NCBI GenBank assembly: GCA_976226885.1 | Contig: OZ320321.1 | Coordinates: 55,862,001-55,926,000 of the forward strand | DNA from: Iphione sp. A-MEVVRFRX5 | Lineage: Eukaryota | Reading direction: 5' to 3' | Length of the DNA stretch: 64,000 nucleotides | In this document: one piece after another, positions 28,083 through 39,600 of the stretch | How positions within the stretch are numbered: the stretch's first letter is position 1 | How the letters are laid out: each line of letters opens with the position of its first letter | Notes under the pieces: generated by a model | The model's input: the letters and a program-made list of their open reading frames with translations, nothing else | What the model was told of the DNA's origin: nothing | Database searches by the model: none | Translations under genes and position numbers: made by a program

Positions 28083-31000
28083 TGTAGACGACATCTGCAT
28101 GCTCAGAGTGTCTGTGGGTTGTGCCGGTTGATATGTGCGTATGTGTGAGTGTACATATGTATGTATGTACATGTGCGGGGGGGGGGGAGACTGGGCAGGG
28201 CTTGTAGATGTGTCGTTGGCTATCAGACTGGAATACCCAATGGCAAATTTGTCTTTCATGGCACCACGAACACTGGGAGGGCGCAACACGCCAGACGCAT
28301 GCAATTGCAGACGCCATGCAAGCAAGCGAGGCCGCGCCTGACAATTTGAATGCTCGTATTTATTCAAATCATTACATCATTGGATCGACCAGCAGACAAT
28401 CGGAACGAAATTTGATAAAACCTGATTAAATGTTCACTGGGGATTAACCTATTGAATTACTGGACCAAACTAATCACCCGAAAAATAACTAGGAAAAAAT
28501 TTAAGTAACTAGGTCCATTTTTGTGATGATAAATAACAAACTCGTGCTATTATTGCTCGGCGCTACCGGCAAAGCGAAGATAACCCTTGAAAACGGGAGG
28601 CTTACTGTCAGTGACAGCTCCAGCGCCGGCAGCAGGATTATAAAGCAAACACGAAGGGACAAGGTGAATTACAAAGGGAGTGAGCTACCAGGAAAATAGA
28701 GCTGCACCGCTCGGGTCGTAGGGAAAAAAAAGCCATCGGGTGCCGGGTGCTCATCCTTTTGGTCAGTAGAGGTCAGTACGCGCTCCGGCCGTCGACTGAG
28801 CGTGGATTCCGGATCCATTTCACCGGGTGGGGCCGAGATGGAAGGACAGGGTGCGCTAAGGGCTTGGCGGGGCCGGTAGGCCAGTCCACTGGCACGACAG
28901 AGCTGCTGACCCCTCCCTGACCCGCACCATTATCGGCCCAGCGCCGGCCGAAGCGGCCCCTGTCCGGCCAGTCGCCCATCTTCACGCTGTCCTGATTAAG
29001 ACTACGGCCTTTCCATTGACCTTCACACCTCTTGAATAATTCGACGCACACACGCACATCTAGACACAACCGAAGGGCAAAAGGACTGCGGGTGGAGGTG
29101 GATGGGGGCCCTGACTACTTAGACTTGGACCGAACCCGATGACCAGAGTGGATGACCCGAAGGCTGCATGGCTACCCCCACAGACACTGTTGCTGCACGC
29201 TAGCCTAGGAACTTATTATGTTTGCCTGACAAACTGGAGAGATAACTCGAACAGGATCAGCTTTTGATAACGCTCCTCATCCCTGCAGCCGAAGGTCGTT
29301 CGCCTGTATACCACTATCTTTTCCCATTGCATTTTGCCTGTTACTCTCCAAAAGCCCCAGATGGCCTTCTTTTAGTCCATCCAGCACTTCATCTTTCTCA
29401 ACGTTCTGAACTTCGACACATGACCTTCTATACAGACGAATTTATTCTCTACCATGAAAACTTGAATGTTCTTCCCTCCAAGTTTAACAGAGCTATCCTC
29501 ATTTTGTGGATTTTCAAAAATTCAAATGTCTGACCTAACATTCCCATTGGTGCCAGGATTACCTATGTCAACAAGTCATCTGTTTCAATAGTACATTTTT
29601 TATACACACATAATATACATGTAAGCTGAATGTAGTCAGTGATCTCTACCCTCTGACGCCGCTAGGCAACATTTATCACACCCAGCGCTGGGCGAGGGGT
29701 AGCGGAAATTGGGGGCAAATCCTAGGGGTCAGTCGTGACCATTTTATCAGCTGACATTGAGATGGCGTTTGCGGCTATCCTTTGGGGTTCATTCAGGCAA
29801 TGACAGCTTTAGTCCCTATTATAGAATGATGTATTCTTGGAATGTTCCTTAGAAACTTTAGGGACTATGAGTACGATTTCCATATGCACCAACGAAGTCC
29901 AGATATCCCAATAGTAATGCAAACCCAGTATTTAATGTGTTCTAGGCTGGTTCGTGATGGAAAACTCTTTACCTGTGTCTCCTGAAGTTTAGACTGGTTT
30001 GATTACATATATACGTAATGGACTTAGCATTGAGATTCTATACTTATGCCATGAGAAATACGATCAAGAACTTCGATGGATGCATCAATGAATTATTCAT
30101 GAAGGATTCGCAGTAAACATTAACATGAACATTGCCATTGCGCTGTAACAGACTTTCTATGTAGCACATAATGGTGTCGACAGATCCGCGCAGTAAAATA
30201 GTTTTTCCTGTAAAACAAACGTGAACATTGGTCTTTTCGTGACATTAATCTGATGATCTTCTCCCGTAAAGAAGACGAACCCTATTACATTTCGTGTGCA
30301 GAAGGCCATAATAAGAGGCTTCTTCTTGTATTGATTCCACGAGCAGGAAACCTACAGGACAAGCCATTGTTGTAGGAAATAAGCTTTGGTAAGACCCTGC
30401 CTCTGTTTATCTGTTCGCCGGAACATCGATTTCCCTGTTATATGCAGACTTGTGAGTATTGATTTGTCAATTAGCACCACGAAGCCCTGATCATTTTCGC
30501 ACTCGGGGCTCTTAGAAATTACACCTTACCGAGTGGGTGGACCGGAACGAATCGCGCAACAATCTAAGCCTCGAAATAGGTTTGTAGAATGTGCTGTTCA
30601 TGTTACTTGTCAGCATCCTTGTGTTTTTTTCCATATAAACTTGCGTCACTGAATTCCGTGATAATCGTAGGCAGTGTTATGTTTGCAAACTGTGCAACTC
30701 TGGAAGAAAATGCCGTGGTATGTGTTGCATCAAAATATTTCTCTCCGATAATGTTCAACCCGATGAGTACCAATCATGAAGGAGAGAGTTCACCTCTTTC
30801 TAACTGATCGTGGCATTGCTTGTCTATGATAGCACTCGGTTATTTTATATTATATTCCCGGTATACAGCGGCGGTATATACATCCTACCTTGCCCTTGTT
30901 CCATTCATCATTGACCTATCCCTCGTGTACCATTACAGAAACCACCAGCCAATACCAGAAGCACCAACTCGCAGCATAACCTGGACATAAGCCACCCCCG

Positions 31001-32800
31001 CCCTGCCCGACTAGTCTACACTCACACCACCAGTAGACCGGATTAACCCTAAATGTAGCCATGCTCAGAAGGTCCAAACGATTTTCGATAAGCTAGCATG
31101 CCCTGGGTCCAATTATGAACCCATGGCTCGAGCTGGGAGAACGACACTTCGGAGGTCTATAGTTTGAACCCTGAATAAGTCGCCGACAAATACACCCCCT
31201 CAGTCTCCACTCTATCGATTCCTGCAGGCCGGTGGTAGTTGCAGAGTGCGGGTGGTGGCGGTGGCATCGGTAAACTAGGCGCCTGTAGAGGAAGCCACAT
31301 TGATATGGCTTCTCTGCCAGCCTCCACGAGTGGCTTCTCAAGGGCGAGCAGACTTTCGCTTGTGTTGTAGCCGTTGTTAAGCCTGCACTCAGCAAACACA
31401 CACCAGAGGCGTAGGGAGAGACAAAGCTAGCTTGTTAGGCTCACATTCGTAATTAATAAAGCGAAAACGTCCCTCTTGTGAGGGACTGTGGGCCACTGAA
31501 GGGAACGCTTAATGAAGAGAGCGGCTCAGCGGCAGTGAAAGGCGAGTGAGCAGCTCTCACTCTTACAGGCTCATTTCAAGCCATCTGGTGGAGTTTAGGA
31601 AAACACCCAAGCATTCCCATGCGCCCGTAACAAGGAACTGGTGGGACAACTCCACCTTCACAATGTATAGTCACTTTCCTTTGCTACTTGCTTTGATAAG
31701 ATACATTTTAGCGCATGTTACTCAGCCATCGGCCCCCGTTGTATGTTCTATATATAACTTTCTCAATAAGCTCTACATGCGCGGTGATACAACCGCGCCG
31801 TCAGTGTCGATCGATGAGTGTTTGTGGGGTTAGGGTTGAAGTGGGGTGAGCCGAGATGGATATGGGTGATTATCTTGAAGGCAGTGGAGCCGGACAACCT
31901 TATAGAACAAGGAACGTATACACAGTCTTTCGGCCAAGGTGCCTCCTGCAATCTCCAGGAGGTGCCCGAGCAATTAGAAATAAACCGCATCCATCCTGAA
32001 ACTGACAAGGGTGAAGGATCTCCTTTGATGGTATGAAAATTCCATAAAGAATTAATAAAGTGATTGCAGGCAATAACACGAAGATTTACAAATGTTTTCA
32101 TCAATGGAGGACGCTCACTACGCCATACGCGTAATTGCACATTGGAGCACCTCACTCATTCCGCCCACCTCTCCATCGAGTGAGAGTGAACTTTGTCGAC
32201 AGCTGTGATTTCTTTCGCTTTTTCTTTGCCAGCATAGGCCTCGCTTTTAAAAATGGAGCCAAACGGCGAAGGAAAACATGTAAAAAGGGATGCGCTTGTT
32301 CTAAATATGGCCGACAGGGCTGCGGCGTGCGGTAGAGGCTCCCGCCGTGTTGCAGCTGTTTTCATGTGCGGCCGCCGCCGCTGCTGCTACTGGCGATAGA
32401 CCGAAAGGACAAACTGTCGTAGAGGCAAGGTGACTAATTATGCCGTGTGCTAATCCTGAGGAGACGAGACGATGACAAGAGCATATCGTTTCCGTGAGGG
32501 TTCTCATGCTATTTCCCTCTGATGCCATTTTCCCTACTCATAATGAAGGATTCTCATATGCATATACATATGTATATGTATACGAGGAACCTTCATTATG
32601 GGTCTATATATGAGTATATTATATATACGAGTTTCTATCCACTTCTTGTTGATTTATGTTTCTCACTCTTTGGGGGAGTACTGAGCTAAGTTACCGGCCA
32701 ATGTTTTCCGCTGGGATAGCAGTGTGCGTGCAGTAGCGCTGGAAGATCTCTCACGGCTCCATTGGCGATTGGCTTATGGTGGGGCCGACACGTGATGGTG

Positions 32801-32813
32801 CCACCAGATGGCG
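32801..32813 (+). promoter_or_regulatory. CTCF-like motif CCACCAGATGGCG
   Basis: Matches 13 positions of the CTCF core consensus CCASYAGRKGGCRS. Confidence 0.45.
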
Positions 32814-34655
32814 ACTTAGGTGCCTGTGACAGGTCATCTGGTAGGTAGTCTATCTCAAGGTGGGGACAGGGTAGAGAATCTGCCCAACCACTTCGGACCT
32901 TCTCATCATTGGTTCCTCTTCTCCCGGGTCGTGTCCGGAAAGTGAACGGCACTGTCTATGATGAAACAACCGCTCAGACACTACTCTTAAAATTCGATTC
33001 ACCGCCAAAGGAAATTTGGTAGGAATACATATGTTATAAATATTCCGGATTGCTTCTATTCAGAATAAGCATAGATTATGCACGATTGGGACATTCATTT
33101 ATTGTGCTGCCAAAACTGACCAAGTATTACCTACTTTGTCAGGCGATAATAAAATGGATACAATATCTATAAAGTAAAGTTTACTCACCATAGAGACGAA
33201 CATATTACATAGGAAAATTTAAAGTGCTTCTATAGGATCTTCAGGGAGTAGGATAAGTAACCATTGGAATGGGTTCTATACAATTCATGTCAGAGGCAAC
33301 TCACACTTTCCCTATCGATTACCTCACGCCTTTAAACGCCTATAACTTCTGAAGTTCAAGGAAATCTTGTTGGGCCTTTTTCCATATAAACATTATTGGT
33401 TTAAAGCATCACACAATAGCAATGATTAGAACAGCGCTGTGCTGCTTTGAAGGCTGGCGTAATACAAATCAGCTCCAGAGCTGGATGGCAATGGCACTGA
33501 GTTGATTTTGGTGCGAGCTGGCAATGGTGAGGTTTGGTCATGGCGCGAATCATCGTACAGCATATTCTCGAATGAATGGGAAAAAAGACTAAACATAACC
33601 TGTCTCTGGGGAGTTGGTCCCTTCCCCAGATACCTTCCAGAGCGACCTCGCAATGCCTAAATAAGGCTACTTGACCAGGGACCCCTCCCTTACTTGGTCT
33701 ATTGATTGTTCTAATACATATGTCATCTACGCTGGAGATTAAGACTAATCCACAGCCCATGGGCAATGATCCTGGCCAGCTTGTCCCTGCAGTCGCTCTC
33801 CTCATCAGTCTGCCTTGCGTCAGCCTCGAGCTACATCTGTGCCAAAACACCAGCGACTTAATGCGCCCGGTCGATACCGTGGAATTACCCTAATAAGAAA
33901 AGCTTACAGTGAGGCTTCCTTTAATTACCTCCAATGCTGTCTGGGAAAATAAAGGCCCATAGAAATAGGGATTCTAGGCCAGCAGGGGTGATGCCAAGTC
34001 CGAAAGCCAACCCAGCGGAGACGGTCAATCCGCGGGACTGGCCCGGCAGGCGAGCTCCACATTTTCTTCAATGCCCGCACCACAGTCAGTGTTCAATTAA
34101 CCCACACACTACACCTTCTTTCTCTCATAACGACATTATAAAGCCAGGATCTGCGCCGCCATAGGAGGCCTTACGCCGAGTTTGCTGGGCGTGGCAATGA
34201 AGGCAAACTAAAACAATCAGCCACCAAAGCTTGCCCGGCCCGCCGCGGCTAATTCGAGGAATTCCTCAAAGAGCGCGTCGACGTCATTGCCCAAATCGGT
34301 TTGACATGGGCTGGATGTAAGAAAAGATGTGATCAAGGATGGATGGGAGGAAAGTAAAGTGAGTCCGCGTGCCGCCTCCCGGAACGTTATTAAGGAGACT
34401 GAAAGGGTCCTCGAATCCAGAACTAATGCCACACAAATGGGCAAGAGCTGCAGCATGATTCACTCGGTAAGATTATCAACAATCGGGTGGGTGAAATGGG
34501 TCTGAAGGAGGGATGTTCCCATTCTTCACCTGCACTGAAGCACCAGGTCTCCCTTCAATATCCCTCTGTGTGTGGCACTGTGGATATTAGATCAGTGAAG
34601 AAAAGAAGGTGGGAAGTTCACATCAAAGAAGGATTGGAAAAAAAGGCCAACTTAC

Positions 34656-34701
34656 TCAAGTCATGTCTCTCGCCATTAGGGCATCTCGTCTGCAAACTTA
34701 C
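34656..34701 (-). other. Candidate recursive-splicing ratchet point with 46-nt cryptic RS-exon (RP2)
   Basis: The minus strand reads ...gtattc attcccatgttttattcttctcattg CAG|GTAAGTTT (junction 34702/34701; 20 of 26 pyrimidines). The 46-nt segment ends ...ACTTGA|GTAAGT (donor hexamer 34655-34650). Confidence 0.7.
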
Positions 34702-36558
34702 CTGCAATGAGAAGAATAAAACATGGGAATGAATACGGTTATTTCCTGAAGTGTAATTGAGTAATGACAGGAACAAACACAGCTTCTTTTAACGCCTAAT
34801 GCATTGCTGTCAAGGAAAATAATGGAAGAGGCCGACGGAAAGAAATTTTAAATTTCCAAAATATCTACCGCTTTCTGTCTTTCTGAAGTGAGAATAGGAG
34901 CGAATTACTAGTCGGCGTCTAATTGTTAAAAATTCAATTAGCTCTTGGCCGTGGGTGAAAGCTGGGTTGTGATCCCATATTTTCGGATGTCATTACGCCT
35001 GCTCATTGGCTGCCCTTCGAAACGGGCTCATTAGCGGCACGAAAAGCCGCTTACAGAGAAGAGAGCGGAGTACTTCGCACGGCCTTGTCGCCGACACCTA
35101 GGTCGCGAATGACTAAATACTTTTTGGACAAGGTCACAGCAAGTAACAGAATTGAGTAGAGCGAGAGCTACGAGCACACTGTGTAATATTAGCACATCTG
35201 TATGACGACTGCATTTACATACGTATGTTCCTACATTGTAGAGACATAGAAGATTGCTAAGACGGCGAATAGTGTACTGTATTTATTCCTGAATATAAAA
35301 TCCCTATACAACAGCATGGTAAGATGATATAGAATATTATTTGATACAAATGATCCATAGTTATCAATCTCCTATAGGAATTCTATATGTTCTTAGTTAA
35401 TTATGAATATTTTCAGCCATAGGTATTGCTATCGAACCACCTATGAAATTACATGACAAATTAGCTGACCCGCGTAGTAATTAAAGACTTGAAAGGTTAC
35501 CACCTGCTCTGCGCGATGCGCATATATTCATTCATAATTACAGGCGTTATGACGAATTAAGTCAGGAATTTGCAAAATGTATTCCCGGATAATACATGCT
35601 GTAAGGCTTTGGACTGATCTTCTGTAAATGACGCCAACCCTGGTATATCTGAAGGCTTTAAGGCTGTGGTCCCATAAATCCTAAGTGGGAAATGCATCAT
35701 AATCCCTAGGTTAGGGCTTGGTCCGTCATACACAATCAATTCCCAGTCTGGCTTTAACACCGTTCATCCCCCCCCCCACCCTTCCCCCACTGGAAGGGGT
35801 GTCACGGTAAAAGATGGAGACTATCTTTCGTAGCGGATCCCACACGGGCTTCTCCTCGGAAAGCAGGGGAGAAGCCACCCGTCTGGGACTCGACAAGAAG
35901 AGGTCTTGTCAATCTCTTAAGGTAATTGCACATGTGTGAATCTGCGAGGGCTTTTCTGGCTTCACTGATGGGTGAGCAGGAGCTACGAGGCACACGAGTA
36001 GGCACGGAAGGTGGGATGAGCACAGGTCTACAGAGAAGCAGCCATTAGACAATAAGGGGACTTTCCTGGTGCGACGTCTAGAAGGACTAATTGGTATTAA
36101 GGCATGTCAATAGAAGACCAAATGAAGGCTGCATGAGAACGCTTCCCTCGCCAAATCGTGGATAAGGCGTTTCGCTGGGTTACAACGCGAAAACACTTGG
36201 CCAAATATCTGCTCTTGTCAGTGTGTTAATGTTCAAATTACGTTTTTAGAGGTAATTTAGATAGATGCTCACTTTAAAATGTAATTTCGTCAGGAGTACC
36301 CTATCTGGTGCATTACGTCCACAGCTATGCAATTTTCTAATCGTTATTAATAGCAGATAATATACTCAGGATTCAAACTTAACTTTCTTAAATGTTTAGT
36401 ATCTGGGTCAATCACCTCCGAGTAGATATGGCCCTTTTTTGAAGATTCATCACCAGAATTTTATCATTACCACTTCATAGCTCTTCATGGCTTCCTTCGC
36501 CGGCATAGTCATTTTTCAGTTAGCTTTTGCTGCTTGCTGCTTCCATCATGGCAACTCT

Positions 36559-36663
36559 CTTATCAATCTCTTCAAAGGCCTTCTCTTCTCTTGTCAATCT
36601 CTTCAAATTTCTGCTCTTCTCTTATCAGTATTCTCAAACTGTTTCCTTATCAACCTCCTCAAA
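36559..36663 (-). repeat. Degenerate tandem repeat, four 18-bp cores (TTTGARRANRYTGAYAAG) spaced 25/31/31 bp
   Basis: Cores lie at 36646-36663, 36621-36638, 36590-36607 and 36559-36576. They translate as FEEVDK, FENTDK, FEEIDK and FEEIDK, and successive cores are out of frame with each other. Confidence 0.6.
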
Positions 36664-39600
36664 CATCTTCTTTTCAGATGGTTGATTCCTGCCAGCTACA
36701 ACGTTTCTTCTAAGATTTGGCCCTTTTCCTCACTGGTGCGGTATACTTTACCTGATACTTTTCATTTCAGGGACATAACCAGAAGACACGAGAGAATGCC
36801 TCATACATTCAAGTTTTATATATTTTCTAAATATTTCTTCATTTGAGAGGCAGGCATAGTACTGCAGTAAATTCAAGATTCACCCTAATACATGTATATT
36901 ATCCTTATATATTAATTGCCATATATATGCACACATTTAATACATTATACCTTCACAAATTAGATCACAGAAATGATCTGTTTACTAAGGGCTAAAAATT
37001 AGACATGCATAACATAAGTCCCTTTTCTGTGGTGCTCCTGCTCAAGTCCCTCAATACCTTGGATATACACAATGATGGATCAGGCTTCATAATGTGTCAT
37101 TTCATAATCTCGACCACTCCCATGCTTCACTTTTATCCGTGATGAAGAAAAATCTTAAATTAGGCATACACATGACCATGATTTATTCGGCGGGACATCA
37201 CCCCATTTTAATGGGAGAAAATATGACACGAATGGAGTTTTATTTCAGTCGATCCTGACTCGAACACCGAATATATAGATCATAATTAGGCCGAGGATTT
37301 ATGCAAAAGTAGACATGTATTCTGTGGTCGCTGCTATTTAAAAAAAAAAATTTTTGCATCCATGCATACGTATACTTTTAGTAGTAGAAAATCGAAATAC
37401 AATTTACAACATAGGAAAGAGGTCTTTTGTAGCATAGGAAACGTGTACATATGCTGAGCCTGTCTCTTTCCGAGTTACATTACAATTACTACTAGGCCTA
37501 CTTAAGAATTCACATTCAATGAGAGAATGAACATGACCCCCTTTTTGTTATAGATCCGTATACAGACTGGTTGGACACTTCACAGGCCTATGGACTCCAT
37601 ACATAAAACAGGAATACATGGATTAGTAAGATGACCACATATCAATGGTTCACTGAACATATCGTACATTCTACTCCCAAATGGTACATCACCATATTCG
37701 TTGAAGCATAATAGCAGAGAAACCTAACTTTATGATGTTCTTGCGTAAACATCACTTACTTTCCTATATAGTATCTTCTGAAGTATGTAGTGCATTTTCA
37801 GCATAGTTTCATAGCACGGTGTTATAAATGAGGCAGCAAGAGGGGATAAATTTGTTTATCTGTATTATATACTCCCACTTTAAGACTATTCACGAGAAAC
37901 ACTAGACTACAACAGAAACCATATTTTAATAGTGCCAAACATTTATTTCTGCATAGGAATGACCACAGCGAGTCCAGTTCTCACTATTCCTAGAGGCGGC
38001 CTCCTCAGCGAGAGTTTTCTTTATTTATAAGGCAGCAAAATTCCTTTGCCGTCACTTGCACTGTATAATGTATCGTGTACGCTCACTGATGGTACAAAAG
38101 TGTTCCGATTAAATATTTAAGAGTGAAAAGGCACGTATTCAAGACTTATTCGTTACCCGTCAATTACAGAAATGGCAGCTGATGAAGTATTAATGCATCT
38201 TTGGGCTACAGCATTCCAATCAAATTTTATGTAGGGGGTATATCATTTTTGTTCGGCATTGAGGTGGAATTATGTTCAGGGCAATTACACCTACACATGT
38301 CAAGCAAAGCTTGTGACACAGTCAGAATGACCCTGGCGCAAGTGGTTTTGGTAATTGCTGATGTGGCTTCCTGTGCCATTACTACTACACGGACCCCTGG
38401 GGAACTGCGAGGACATGTATCAGGAGACTCCATAGGCTTGCATGTCAAGGGTTTCCTCTCCGGGGCCTCGTAGAGGGCATCCAAGTTAGAACAGCTTACA
38501 CGCCATCGTCGACTAGCAGCGGTGACACTGGCGGGGTGGACTGAGGCCGCCGCTGTCCGAGGAATCAGATGCTGGGGCTCGAGAAGGGGATTCACTGTTT
38601 GTCAATTATGGCGGCCATTATACACTAGAACGAATCTAAATGGCCCCACGCAGCGCGGATTTCTACAAGCAGATAGGCCATGATACCCTCGGCCAATTAC
38701 ATTGTGATTAGATGGCTAGCGAAGCAATTACCCGATGGCAAGGATTACTGGGTGATTAATATGGTCTCCCCCCTGGCCTACTGGGCAGTGATCGCCGTAG
38801 GGAAAGGCTTAGCGGCTCTCCAGGGGTGAAAGGCTCCCATGACATTAGACCGATTGACCTGCGGAGGCCTTGGTTGTTTCTCCCTCTCCAACCACCGTAT
38901 AACGAAATGCCAACGGCGCAGCTACGTGTGTCCAGTCCAAGAGCGATCGACCCAGTGAAGAAGAAGAACAAGTGATTGGAGATCAGGTAATTACGGACGA
39001 TAAGGCCAGGCGACAGTGTGTTCGAATAACATTTATCAAACGCTGTTGTTAATCCAAAGCTAATTTCTAGATTTATTCATCAAATCTTTTTGATAGGGGG
39101 AAAAAGATTGACTCGCATGACAGCGTACCATGCAGTGAAACTATACTTCACCACTTAACCGTTTCAAATCCGACAGAATGATTTCTCGATGTCATTGCGG
39201 GGATCTCTAATTTGATAAAATAACGCCGGCTCAAATTTGGAGCAGCAAAAAGAGCAATGACTCATCATAGAGGATGGGAAAATACTAATTTGCATGGAGT
39301 AGAAACTACGATGAGGCTCCGACTTAAGAAGTGTGTTTTGCTTGGCGGTGTTCTTTGTGTTTTGACCTTTTCGATAATTTTCACCTTCACCGTAAACTGG
39401 GCCTCAGCAACTCGGCATTATAACCCATTATATTTTGGTCACGATCGTCAGTCCGTGGATATTGGCTGATAATGGACTTGGCTGCTACCATTAGAAAATG
39501 CCGAGCAACGAGTTCCATTTGGGTAGACGTCATTATTCATCACAATCATTTTTTTTCCTAAGGCGCGGAAGAGATGAAGATGGGAGCGGCAGTGGCGGAG

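Noticed and set aside
31093-31401. EKPYQC resembling a C2H2 zinc-finger linker
   Set aside because: Cys/His spacing for a finger is missing on both sides; the hexapeptide is isolated.
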